A DNA stretch of 64,000 bases from a virus, in IMG/VR virus record IMGVR_UViG_3300050138_000571, positions 9,784-73,783 of that record; one strand, given 5' to 3'. The notes beneath the pieces are model-generated. The model did not search any database. It saw nothing but the letters and a program-made list of their open reading frames with translations, and was not told the origin of the DNA. This document shows positions 44,588 through 54,700 of this stretch, piece after piece. How positions within the stretch are numbered: the first letter of the stretch is position 1; each line of letters opens with the position of its first letter. Both the position numbers and the translations under genes were made by a program.

Positions 44588-44599
44588 CTATAGCGAACG
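44588..44599 (-). promoter_or_regulatory. Phage promoter motif A
   Basis: Exact 12-mer, 7 nt before the HNH-AP2 GTG. Confidence 0.8.
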
Positions 44600-44601
44600 C
44601 C

Positions 44602-45069
44602 CTATCGATCTGGGGGCACGACGGTGAACGCGCTGCCGAGCGAGACCGTCGGCCTCTCGTACGCGAACTTGTAATTCGTCCCGTTCTCGACCAGATCGCC
44701 AGAGATGGTCTGCGTGGAGACGACGGTAGTCGATGGGGCCTGCCCCATCGACCTTCCGCACTTCGAGCAGGCCGGGGGCGTGATGCTCATCCAGACCTGC
44801 GGGAATTCGTGGCTGCCGCCCATCGGGCACATGTCGTTGTAAATGATCTGCGGCCACGGGAGGGGGTACTGCGGCTGGTATGGCGCATCTTTCGAGCCCT
44901 TCATCAGCTCGTCGATGAGTTTCCCGATGCTTCCCATGTCCCCGAGGCCGGGGCAGGCAGGGGCCGTCTTGATGGTGATCGGCGCCGAATCGATGAAGGG
45001 TCCCAGCTCAGCGGCCGTGCCCTCTAATTCGATTATTGTGCCGTCTTTCTTCGTGATCTTTGCTTTCAT
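44602..45069 (-). CDS. Hypothetical protein
   Basis: Start reassigned to ATG 45069 (MKAKITKKDG); contains C..G..H...C..C. Confidence 0.5.
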   Translation of the reverse strand: MKAKITKKDGTIIELEGTAAELGPFIDSAPITIKTAPACPGLGDMGSIGKLIDELMKGSKDAPYQPQYPLPWPQIIYNDMCPMGGSHEFPQVWMSITPPACSKCGRSMGQAPSTTVVSTQTISGDLVENGTNYKFAYERPTVSLGSAFTVVPPDR

Positions 45070-45202
45070 TGGTCGCCCTTCGTGATGGATCGTAGCTCTG
45101 CTCGGACCCTGGTTCGTTCCCGCCCTCGGCCTCGATACGCTTTGTCGGGGCAACAGCCGCAAAGCAGCCGTCCCCGCTCCCGACGGTTACTACCGTAGGC
45201 CG

Positions 45203-45532
45203 TCACGGCGTAGACACCGTCTCGATTCGGAGGTTTTCTGTACGCATTAGGTCATCCACCTTCCGATCGATGGACGCGTACCCCTCGGCAATCACCGCGG
45301 CCTGGGTATGGGCCCATCTGACAAACTTGGGGTTGATGGACAACCGCCGGAGCGCCTCCCTGCGATTCTGATGCTGGGACCGCTGCGACTCCGATTCCCC
45401 GATGGCGCCGGACGGCTCGTGGGTAAACCGGATCGCGGAGGAGGTCTTGTTGCGCTTCTGGCCGCCGGCCCCCGATCCCCGGTACTGCTCTTCTCGCAGG
45501 TCAGATGGCTTGATGGAGAAAAGAACGGGCAT
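45203..45532 (-). CDS. Stand-alone peptide-chain-release-factor (RF-1/GGQ) domain protein
   Basis: [25 protein letters not shown]...SQRSQ.QNR..AL..L, the class I RF catalytic domain only. Confidence 0.88.
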   Translation of the reverse strand: MPVLFSIKPSDLREEQYRGSGAGGQKRNKTSSAIRFTHEPSGAIGESESQRSQHQNRREALRRLSINPKFVRWAHTQAAVIAEGYASIDRKVDDLMRTENLRIETVSTP

Positions 45533-45541
45533 CGCGCCTGA

Positions 45542-45548
45542 ATGATTG
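45542..45548 (-). promoter_or_regulatory. Motif B (CAATCAT)
   Basis: 10 nt before the RF-like ATG. Confidence 0.65.
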
Positions 45549-45554
45549 GGACGA

Positions 45555-46049
45555 TTACGCGATGCGGACGTATCCTACTCGGTTCGAGTCGCTGGTCGTC
45601 CTGCGGTCGAGCGCCCAGACCCCAGTGCCCTCGCGTGAGCCCTGGGGGTCGGAGTTCGGATCGACCGTCTGCAGCTTCCCCGTGTCGTCCATGCCTACGA
45701 CGAGAAAAGCGTGTCCATGGATCTTGTCGTCATCGATATTGATGCCGACAACCGGGAGCATGTCCGGGGTCAGGTCGGCGGGCGCGATCTGCAGGTCGGG
45801 GTTGTTCGACCACAGGTGCAAGGCGGACCCGGCCTTCTTGAACGTAGGGGCGACACCCAGCTCGGCAGCGGCTTCGTGCACCCAGAGGGAGCAGGCAGAC
45901 GCGCAGTAGGCGGATCCGTGGGGGATCCCCGTGTAATCTTGGTACTGCTCGATGCGGGGGCCCAGGTTTGACTTGGGCGGGGTCTCCAAGATGCCGACGT
46001 CGTGCGAAGCGATTTCGGAGGTCTTTGTGGCGAGGGCAGTTGCTTCCAT
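45555..46049 (-). CDS. CHAP/NlpC-like cysteine hydrolase (candidate endolysin or virion hydrolase)
   Basis: N.GP.I..Y......G..YCAS (Cys), HGH..LV (His), T.D.NS. Confidence 0.65.
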   Translation of the reverse strand: MEATALATKTSEIASHDVGILETPPKSNLGPRIEQYQDYTGIPHGSAYCASACSLWVHEAAAELGVAPTFKKAGSALHLWSNNPDLQIAPADLTPDMLPVVGINIDDDKIHGHAFLVVGMDDTGKLQTVDPNSDPQGSREGTGVWALDRRTTSDSNRVGYVRIA

Positions 46050-46055
46050 GCCCCA

Positions 46056-46062
46056 ATGATTG
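46056..46062 (-). promoter_or_regulatory. Motif B (CAATCAT)
   Basis: 7 nt before the CHAP-like ATG. Confidence 0.65.
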
Positions 46063-46091
46063 GGGGCCCGCCGGCCTAAGACCGCGAATCC

Positions 46092-47972
46092 TTACGACAG
46101 GCCGCCCTGAACCCAGTTGGTGCCGTCGTAGTGGAGGACCAGCAAGCTGTTGGCGCTGACCGTGGTCACGTTGGCGCCGGCCTGGAGCAGGATCGAGGCC
46201 GTGCCGGCCGGGGGCGATGCGGCTTTGTGGTGGACGACGACACCGGCCGCGACGCGCAAATACAGCGTGCTGCCGAGCTGCCACGGCGCGATCGTGATGA
46301 ACGAGAACGCTCCAGTACCGCCGCCAACCGAGTTCCAGTTTTGGGTGAATGTCAGCGTCGTGGCGCCGGATTGCGCGGACACGAAAGTGGCGTTGACGAT
46401 GATCGTGCTCGAATTGAGCGAGAGCCCGTTGATGCCTGGAGCCGTAATGGACACAGGTCCGCTGACGGATTGGATCGTGAGGGCGCCGCCGGAACTGCCA
46501 CCTGCCTGAAGCAACAGGTCGCCGTTGTTGGCGAGAAGGGTGAGAAGCGCGTTGTCTGAACGGAGCGTGGCCGGGCCAGCGCCGTTGGTGCGGATCATGA
46601 TGCTGGAATCGTTAATGCCCCCGCCGATCAGGAGCTGACCGATTCCCAGGGCTCCGAAGAGAACGCCACTCCCGCTGCCGCCGCCGCCGCGGGAGATGCC
46701 GGTGGCATAGGCGAGGCCCTCCAGGTCAACGGCTACGACCCTAGGATCGCTGCCGCTGTCGAGGCTGGTGGTGAGCGCCGACAGCTTGATAGTGCCGGAG
46801 CTGCTATCCGTGGCCAGTTTGAAGCTGGATCCGACCGCGTAGGATTGGTCGCGGACAAAAATGCTGGCGCCGTAGCGCCACGCCAGAACCCAGCGGCTGC
46901 CGGGAACCGCTGGCGTCCCGAGCAACGACAGCGACGTTTTTTGGGCATTCAGTGACGTGACACCAGCCCGGGTTCTGGTCACTGTCCGGTCCAGGTCGAC
47001 GTAGATGCACTCGCCGTCCGCGAGATCCGTCAAACCGGCGGAGTCAGTGGTCTGGTCGGTGATCTCGTTGTAGACCCCAGTACTGTTGGCGAACGTGATG
47101 GTCAAGCCTTGCCAGTGCAAGTTGCTTGATACCCACTCGAAATGCTCTCCGCTTGACGAGAACGAACTCCCGGTCCGGGCCATGACCACGTTGCGGTCCG
47201 AGGTCGGGCTGTACCAGTATTCGCCGCCGCCAAGCTCCCAGACGCGAGTCATTGTCGCGTCCATCCACGACTTCATGCTGCCGATGGCCTTGTCGCCGCC
47301 GAGAAACGGATCCGCGGAACTGGTCTCGTTTCGGCCGGCCGGCCACGAGTACGTGTTCTTGACGTTGGGAGTTGAGCCGCCAGTGCCCAGGCGCCACAGG
47401 ATGTTCCGGGCGTCCTGCACGGACGTGATGCTGCTGTTGGCGTCGAGGGTGACCTTTGCCAGCGGGCAGACGCCGCTGTTGGAGTCGAAGTCCGACGCGG
47501 AAATGATAATCGTGTAGTCGATCGTGCGGGCGAGGGGGATCGACTTGGTGACCTCTGCGCCTTGGTCCGGATCGAAAAACTGTACGGCATCGGTCGTCGT
47601 GGGATCATTCGCGCGCGAGAAGTCCAGGCCGATGTAATTCGTTTGGCTTGGGAGGAAGGAGCCCCGGATCTTGGGGTTGGTGCTCGCCAGCACTTCGTTG
47701 GGGCGGTTGGCGTCTACCTGGAAGACGGTGCCGGCGTCGGTGGCGTAATAGTGCATCAGCACGCCGCCCGCCACCTGGATCTGGAGGGCGCCGGGCTGCG
47801 TGACGCCGGACGTGATCAGGTTGAACCCAGCTACGATGGCCGGGATGCGGTTGGCCATGATGGTTCCGGCCAACAGGTCGAAGTCGGCCGCGACCGCGCT
47901 TTCGATGGCCCGCAAAAATGGGACATCGACTCTTTGCTGGGCGTTCCAGGAGACCTGCCGTTTGACTGCCAC
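46092..47972 (-). CDS. Baseplate/tail-fibre-associated structural protein
   Basis: In the tail cluster; Gly/Ser-rich beta-fibre-like C-terminus; GTG start 11 nt from CAATCAT. Confidence 0.55.
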   Translation of the reverse strand: MAVKRQVSWNAQQRVDVPFLRAIESAVAADFDLLAGTIMANRIPAIVAGFNLITSGVTQPGALQIQVAGGVLMHYYATDAGTVFQVDANRPNEVLASTNPKIRGSFLPSQTNYIGLDFSRANDPTTTDAVQFFDPDQGAEVTKSIPLARTIDYTIIISASDFDSNSGVCPLAKVTLDANSSITSVQDARNILWRLGTGGSTPNVKNTYSWPAGRNETSSADPFLGGDKAIGSMKSWMDATMTRVWELGGGEYWYSPTSDRNVVMARTGSSFSSSGEHFEWVSSNLHWQGLTITFANSTGVYNEITDQTTDSAGLTDLADGECIYVDLDRTVTRTRAGVTSLNAQKTSLSLLGTPAVPGSRWVLAWRYGASIFVRDQSYAVGSSFKLATDSSSGTIKLSALTTSLDSGSDPRVVAVDLEGLAYATGISRGGGGSGSGVLFGALGIGQLLIGGGINDSSIMIRTNGAGPATLRSDNALLTLLANNGDLLLQAGGSSGGALTIQSVSGPVSITAPGINGLSLNSSTIIVNATFVSAQSGATTLTFTQNWNSVGGGTGAFSFITIAPWQLGSTLYLRVAAGVVVHHKAASPPAGTASILLQAGANVTTVSANSLLVLHYDGTNWVQGGLS

Positions 47973-47982
47973 TGTAGCCTTT

Positions 47983-47989
47983 ATGATTG
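47983..47989 (-). promoter_or_regulatory. Motif B (CAATCAT)
   Basis: 11 nt before GTG 47972. Confidence 0.65.
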
Positions 47990-47996
47990 CAACGGC

Positions 47997-48419
47997 TTAA
48001 GCCGTGGTCTCGTTCTTGGCGTCAATCGACAAAAACGTAATCGTGCCCTTTACGATCCCCCGCTCGGGCACGCTCCAGGACTGTCCCGAAATTGCCACAC
48101 GGGTCGACTCAAACAGGACCCGGCTGGACCGGCGCTCCAATAAAACGAGCGACACGTATCGAGTCTTCCCGACGTCGATCAGCGGTGCCGTAAGTCCAGC
48201 CCCCTCGGCCCCGCCGTCATTGAGCGTCCGCAGCACGTACAGGGTCCCCCCGACCGAAGTCGTTGAGTTAGCGAGTTCGTACGGTTGCGGAGAGTCAACC
48301 CCTCGAAGCTCTTCGATCGGCGTCGAGATGTCCCAGTCGATCCCGGCCACGCGTCCGTAAGGGACTGCGTTCACGAGCAGAATGACCTGCGCGTTGGAAA
48401 TTGTGATGGACTGGCTCAT
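47997..48419 (-). CDS. Tail tube-like / baseplate hub protein
   Basis: 140 aa, I..EE.RG.DS..P.E.......G.L...R, final F..ID pattern typical of tube-fold proteins. Confidence 0.5.
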   Translation of the reverse strand: MSQSITISNAQVILLVNAVPYGRVAGIDWDISTPIEELRGVDSPQPYELANSTTSVGGTLYVLRTLNDGGAEGAGLTAPLIDVGKTRYVSLVLLERRSSRVLFESTRVAISGQSWSVPERGIVKGTITFLSIDAKNETTA

Positions 48420-51400
48420 TTAGTCGCCCTCTCGGAGCGTCGCCAGCTCATCCTCAAGGGAGTCACCACCCCAAACCACGACAGCGTCAGAGAGCTTCTG
48501 CGCTCCCGAGGTGGGGTCTCCGGCATTGCCCAGGCCCACGTCCGACGGATAGACGACGGACCTCTCGATGGCGAGCCCCGAAGCCTGGATGTCGTCCAGG
48601 GCTGCCCCGGCGGCGATGCGGCCGGCAGCGGAGGAAGTGAGGTAGAAGTTGCCAGTCAAAGGATCCGCGTTGGGATCCGGCACGAAGGGTAGGTTGGACT
48701 GCAGGAGCGTAACAGTGACGCCGGCCGGAATGGAGGCCGGGAAGCGGAAGGAAGCGTCGAGCTTGAGCGAGACGTTGTCTAGGCGGCCGATGTACTTCAC
48801 GGGCCCGACCTGGCCCTTGAAGCCGAAATTGAATACCAGGTACCCGACCTGATCGGGGAATAGGAGCGCGGGATTCGAGTCGCTGCCGGTGTCGAGGGCG
48901 AAGGTGGCGTGGCTTTGGTTGCCGTTGATGGCTTGCCCCAACACCGCCACGATCCCGGTGACCGAGAGCCCGGCCCTGGGATCGTACGAGAACGGCCCGG
49001 GCAGGCCCGCAGGCGCGGGGAGCGCTCTTTCGGGGGTGATGGTCGCCCCGGCAGTCTCGATGTACGGGGTTCCGCGGGAGATGGTGTCCGAAACCGAGTA
49101 AGTGAACGCGGTCGGGCTCGGGACCGACGTGATGGAGGCTTGACGGTTCATGCCACCCGCCCGAACGACGTCCGAGCCCGGCACGACTACGTAGTTGAGC
49201 TTGGCGGTGTTATTGGCGGCTTGGAGGCCACCGACCACCACGAAGGCGTCCGTTGCAGCCAGGCCTCCGCTGGACAGCGTGAGCGCAGTGCCAAGAACCG
49301 CCCGCGACGTCCGCCAGCGCATGATGGCGATGTCGAGCGTCTCAACGACGGGGCTTCCCCCGCCCGCCACGAAGACGGCATTGCGCGTCGGCAAGTAGCT
49401 GACGACTGGATTCACGCGGCCGACAGACATCGGGGGCAACGCGGCCCAGAGCCCGGTGCTCGGGTCGTAGATCTCGCAGCTCGCAAGCGTGTTGTTGTAG
49501 GAGTGCTGGGTGGCGTTGCCGCCGGTGCCGCCGACAACGAGTACGCGGCCATCGGGCAGGACCAGCGAGCCGAAGTCGCGGCGCGCGTCCGTCATGGAAG
49601 CGGCCGTAGCCCAGGTGTGCCCGGCGACGGAGTAGGATTCGACCGAGTTCAAGATGTTCGAGGCCCCGTCGACGCCCCCGATTGCGAGTCCGTTTCCGTT
49701 GGCGAGACCGACGAGCTGGTGCCACATGCGCGCCCTGATCATGCTCCCTCGCGCGGTCCAGGTGCCGGTGCCAGGATCGAAAGTGTAGGAGGTCGCGACC
49801 ACGGCGCCTCCACTCCAGCCGCCGCCGATTAGGGCATTGCCGCCGGTCAGGGTACATTGGCCGTGACCAGCCTTCACCGCCGGCAAGGTCCCACTCGTCA
49901 GCAGGTTCTGCGCGGGCACGTTCGTGTACGTGTAGAGGTCCCAGGCGTTCAGGGCGGTGCCCGAGACGTCGGTGTCGCTGTTGGTGCCGCCAGTGACCAG
50001 GACGCGGCCGTCAATGAGCGCGGAGGCCCCGATGCCGCGTTTGCCGACCGTCTGCGTGTGTGTGACGAGATTGGTCCATTTGTACCCGAGAGCCCGGCCT
50101 CCGTTGCCGAGTACGGTGTCGCTCGTAATCTCGAAGATCTTGGGATTGACGATGGCGGCGTCAGTGCCAGGCGAGGTCTGGGTCATGCCTCCGACCAACA
50201 TCAGCAGGCCTTCGGCCGTGCGAACCATCCTGTGATTCACGGCTTGGACGGTGTCCGCCTCGCTGGCCATCGACTGCAGGGACGCGCTCGTGGTGCCGGT
50301 CGCAATGTTCGAGCTGAAGTCGCCGCTGATCGTGCCGGCGGTGATGGGCGGCGCCGCCCCAGTCGGGATCGCCCCGTCGATGAATACCTGATCCCCAACC
50401 GCCATCCCGTGGGTGGTCGACGTCACGCCCGTCACGACTCCGCTGGGAGCCCGGATCAGAGAAGTGAGGGTAATGGGGGCCTGCACGTTTACGTATGCTC
50501 CGGTGCCGGGACCGCGCCGAACGATGTTCGTAGTGGCCGGTAGCTCGACCTTCCCGAGCTGCGTCACGATCACGTGTCGTTGCTGGTCGTATAGCGTCGC
50601 CTTCGTGGGGCGGAAAAACATTGTGGTCGTGAAGTCCGTTTGCGCGTACGTGCCAACCGGAACAGCCACGTAGGCGATTTCGAAGTACTGATGTACGGGT
50701 GGCGACATCGACGCCACCACGTAGTACTTGTCGACCGCGGTCACTGGGAATGTCCCCTGGATCCCGGCAACGGCAAAGGGATCGGTCGGGTCCCCGTAGA
50801 TGTGCACGAGGTCGCCGATGCGCAGCTTCCCAAAATCGAATCCCCCCGAGGCCGTTGAGAATCGGGCAACCCCTGGAGCCGGGGCTGTGACCGTCCACGT
50901 GGTCGCGGAGAAGTCGCTGATGTCGAAGACTGGCGTCGGGAATTTGAGCCACCGCTGCGCTGACCCCCCGACCACTCGGACACTGGAGGAAAGGCCTCGG
51001 CTGCCGCTGTAGACGCGGACAAAGGTCGAGCGGGCGGTCGGGTCAGTGTACGCGATGGCGTAAGCGTTGCTTCCGGCCTCGTTGAAGGCCCGGTTGATCT
51101 CACCACTCACTTCCAGGGCCGTCGCCGCCGCGACCTCGGTGTAGTGGGTGCGATCGAAGGTAACAGTGACCGTGACCTTCTCGTCGAGAAGCAGCACCAA
51201 CGTGTCCTGGTCAACCAGAGAGAACGGCTCGGCGCCGGTGGACGTGGAGACGCCGCGGACGGCATCAGGCCCGTAGAAGACCTCCAGGACCTCCAGGAAG
51301 GCCTCTTGGGTCAGCTTCTTGTTCTTCTTGATGATCGACAGTGCCCGGAAAACGTCATCGGACATTCCGACCGAAGCCGGCTTTACCTCTCCGAAGTTCG

Positions 51401-51656
51401 CCGCCGCTCGCTCCAGGTATTTGCCCGAAGCCGTGGAGATGAATAGCTGGTCAAAGGCTGCGAGGGCGTTGTCCCAATTCGTCTGATCTCCGGTCGCGAT
51501 GGCGGAGATCAGTGCGTCCCATCCAGGCCCAACCAAGGAAGGGTTTGTGAACTTCCGAAGCACCTCCTCGGCAGAATCGTTGGACGTGCCGGCCGCCAGG
51601 CCACTCTGGGTCTGGACCTGGTCGACCTGGAAAGTAAAACTAGATGCCATAGGCAA
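48420..51656 (-). CDS. Baseplate wedge-like protein with inserted kelch beta-propeller
   Basis: N-terminal LF..TA.G.YL...A...G..P wedge-like motif; kelch repeats (ARMWH, DARRDFG.L.LPDGRVLVVGG) at about 49190-50250. Confidence 0.65.
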   Translation of the reverse strand: MPMASSFTFQVDQVQTQSGLAAGTSNDSAEEVLRKFTNPSLVGPGWDALISAIATGDQTNWDNALAAFDQLFISTASGKYLERAAANFGEVKPASVGMSDDVFRALSIIKKNKKLTQEAFLEVLEVFYGPDAVRGVSTSTGAEPFSLVDQDTLVLLLDEKVTVTVTFDRTHYTEVAAATALEVSGEINRAFNEAGSNAYAIAYTDPTARSTFVRVYSGSRGLSSSVRVVGGSAQRWLKFPTPVFDISDFSATTWTVTAPAPGVARFSTASGGFDFGKLRIGDLVHIYGDPTDPFAVAGIQGTFPVTAVDKYYVVASMSPPVHQYFEIAYVAVPVGTYAQTDFTTTMFFRPTKATLYDQQRHVIVTQLGKVELPATTNIVRRGPGTGAYVNVQAPITLTSLIRAPSGVVTGVTSTTHGMAVGDQVFIDGAIPTGAAPPITAGTISGDFSSNIATGTTSASLQSMASEADTVQAVNHRMVRTAEGLLMLVGGMTQTSPGTDAAIVNPKIFEITSDTVLGNGGRALGYKWTNLVTHTQTVGKRGIGASALIDGRVLVTGGTNSDTDVSGTALNAWDLYTYTNVPAQNLLTSGTLPAVKAGHGQCTLTGGNALIGGGWSGGAVVATSYTFDPGTGTWTARGSMIRARMWHQLVGLANGNGLAIGGVDGASNILNSVESYSVAGHTWATAASMTDARRDFGSLVLPDGRVLVVGGTGGNATQHSYNNTLASCEIYDPSTGLWAALPPMSVGRVNPVVSYLPTRNAVFVAGGGSPVVETLDIAIMRWRTSRAVLGTALTLSSGGLAATDAFVVVGGLQAANNTAKLNYVVVPGSDVVRAGGMNRQASITSVPSPTAFTYSVSDTISRGTPYIETAGATITPERALPAPAGLPGPFSYDPRAGLSVTGIVAVLGQAINGNQSHATFALDTGSDSNPALLFPDQVGYLVFNFGFKGQVGPVKYIGRLDNVSLKLDASFRFPASIPAGVTVTLLQSNLPFVPDPNADPLTGNFYLTSSAAGRIAAGAALDDIQASGLAIERSVVYPSDVGLGNAGDPTSGAQKLSDAVVVWGGDSLEDELATLREGD

Positions 51657-51661
51657 GTCTT

Positions 51662-51668
51662 ATGATTG
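51662..51668 (-). promoter_or_regulatory. Motif B (CAATCAT)
   Basis: 6 nt before ATG 51656. Confidence 0.65.
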
Positions 51669-51714
51669 CCATCGCCTGCGGGGGGCCCGCAGCTTCGAGG
51701 GGGGCGGGACCTCG

Positions 51715-54700
51715 TTAGAGGGTCGTGGACCCGTCTGCGGACATGATATTGCTCCCAGATAGCGTCCACTTGCCTTGACTTAGGGGTGCGGCTAGAAGGC
51801 AGTCGATCGACTTTGCGTCACCGCGAACGGGAAGCGCCGCGATCACGTAAGTGACGTCGTTCCCCGACAGCGTATAGTTCGCCGGGTGGAGGGCGTCGGC
51901 TGCCGCGGTAGGGTCCACGGCCTGTGGGGGGTAGCTGAACTGAACTCGGACGGTCGACAGCCCGATCAGCTTGATACCTTGGATGAAGAAGCCCGTCGCT
52001 GGCGGCGGGAACACTTGGATCGTGGCCTGCGCCGTGTTCCCGAGGTCGTCTGCGACCTGGACGATATCAGTGGTGGAGGAGACAGTGCCGGCGGTGTACA
52101 CGCCGGTGCTGCTGTTGATCGAACCACCGCTGTGGTTCTGGACCAGGGAGAAGGTAATTCCAGTCCCGCTACCTCCGGCATCCGTGAACGTGTGAGACCT
52201 TGACACATTGATGTCGAGTGTCGTTGGGCTGATCGTGAGGTTCGGGCCAACCGTGATGGTCGCGTTCGCGGTATTTCCGAGGTCGTCAGTGACTCTGACG
52301 GTGTCAGTAACGGAGCCCGTGGCCCCGGCCGTGTAGGCGCCGGTCGACGTATTGAGCGAACCACCGCTGTTGTTGGTGACGAACGAGAACACGATGCCCG
52401 TCCCAGAGCCTCCGGCATGCGAGAACGTCTGGCTGGCGCGAGGCGCCTTCGTAACAGATGCCGGGCTGATGGAGAGGTTCGGACCGACCGTGATGATGCA
52501 GGCGCCTGTGTTCCCGAGGGAGTCGATGGCCTGGATCGCGTCGGTGACGCCACCGGTCGCGCCGGCAATGTAGTGGCCGGAGGAATCGATCGAACCACCG
52601 CTGTTGTTGGTGACGAACGAGAACGTGATGCCGGTGCCGCTGCCGCCTGCCGCCGTGAAGTTGTGGTGGGCCCGCGGCGCCAGCGTGATCGACGGCGGAC
52701 TGATGGCGACGGGGGGAATGTGGACGGTGGCGTCGCCGGACTCGGCGACGGAGCTGTTCCCGAGGGAGTCGGTTACCGTGACGACGTCGTCCAGGGCCAC
52801 GGAACCAGCGATATAGGCGCCGGTGCTTGAATTGATGGAGCCGCCCGACTGATTGTCGTTGAAAGCGAAGACGTAGCCGGTGCCGCTGCCGCCGGACGCG
52901 GTGAAGGTCTGGGTGCCGAGGGGCGCCTTCGTAACGGAGGTCGGCGAGATCGAGACGCCGGGGCCGACGGTCACAACCGCGTCGGCGGTCCCGCTGAACG
53001 TGTCCGAGACCCGGACCGTATCACTGCAGTCCGGAGTCGAACCGGCGGTGTACACTCCGGTCGAGCTGTTGACTGAGCCACCGCTGTTGTTGGTGTGGAT
53101 CGTAAATACGTAGGGGCCGGTGCCGTCGGCCGCGGTAAACAGCTGGGTAGCAAGCGGGCTCAGGCTGACCGGGGTCGGCGCAATGCTGAGGGCGGGCGGA
53201 GTGAGAACGGTGATGGTGCAGTCTGCGGTTGCAGAGCTGAGGTCGGTGACGCGTACGATGTCAGTGCCGTCGGTGGGACCCGCATCCCACTCTGCGGTGC
53301 CGTCGCCGTTGTCAGTGAGAGAGCCCCCGCTCTGGTTCTGAAAGGTTGAAAATACGTAGTTGGCGGGGTTGCCACCGTCGTTACCACCTCCGGCGGTGAT
53401 GCTGAACACCGAGGTCAGGGGTGGGATCGTGGTGGCAGTCGGAGTGATCGCGAGCGGGCTGGCGAGGTACCTTGTCGTGAGATACGCCTCAACCGCCGCC
53501 CGGTCGGCACCGCTCAAAACATGATCGTAGATGAGGATTTCGCAGATGTCGCCGTGGAACGGAAAGACAAGCGAGCCTCCGGAGTCGACCCGCGCGCCGA
53601 TAGAGGGTTGATCTGTGCCGACGCGCACGAGCAAATTGGAGGCAACGACTGTGCCGGCTCCATTGATCAGGCCAGTGTAATTAGCTGGTGTACTGTTCGT
53701 GCCGCCGTTGTACGAGCTTTCCCAAATCGTCGGCGACGTGGTCACGGCCGTCGCGAGCCCGACGGCGCTGGTCGTACTCGTGAGGTCGTTTACGAACGTA
53801 TACGGCTGATATCCAGGGGAGACAAAATCGACCACCAGTTCGGCCCATGCGGGTCCCGATAGCCCCTTCATGCTAATGAGAGAAAAGCCACTGTGCGGAG
53901 TCGAGGCGGCCTGATGGACGATGAACAGGTGGCTGGCGCCCTGTAAATCGGGTCCGCCGATCATCCTCGACGTGGAACCGTTGAACGTGATGCCCGGCAG
54001 TCCGTTGATCGAACTCGTGTTCAGCACACACGACAGACCGGGCGCCGTTACGTTGTTGCCGTTGCCAGACTGGTCAGCCCAGGCCGTGACATTCGAGCCC
54101 GAGAGCGTGATGCCGGCGCCGGCAGTGAGCCAGAGCTTCAGGCCGGTGGTAGGCAGACCGACTGCGACCACGGCGTCTGCGGTATTTCCTACCGAGTCGG
54201 TGACTCTGACGGTGTCAGTAACGGAGCCGGTGGACCCGGCCGTGTACACTCCGGTCGAGCTGTTGATCGAGCAACCGCTGTTGTTGGCATTAATCGAATA
54301 GACGTAGCCAGCACCTGATCCATTGCTGCCGGTGAAGGTTTGCGATGCGCCCGTGGCCACGATAGGCGACGGTGGCGAGATGGACAGCGCCGTGATTCCG
54401 AGGCTAATGGCGTACTTGGTTTGGAGATACGCCCGTACCTGCTGAAGATCGCCGCTGCTGAGAACGCTGTCGTAGATGAGGATTTCGCAGATGTCACCGT
54501 TGAACGGCCAGGTGGCATGATCTCCCCGTACGCCGATGGCAGTACCAGTGCCGCCGGTATCGCTTGTGACGTTGGAACCAGCAAAGCTCCCAAGGGTCTG
54601 GGTGACTGCATTCAGATTGACGACCGGCGGTGATCCAACCTGTGCCTTCCATTCCCAAACCTGGCCAGATCCAGTGAGCCTGGGGGTGGCCGCGTCTGTT

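Noticed and set aside
6466-44599. CGTTCGCTATAG copies as CRISPR repeats or REP elements
   Set aside because: Dispersed, only 12 nt, non-palindromic, no regular spacers, no cas genes; orientation follows the downstream gene.
51900-54400. Diversity-generating retroelement template/variable repeats in the Ig array
   Set aside because: No reverse transcriptase in the window; differences between repeats are not adenine-specific.
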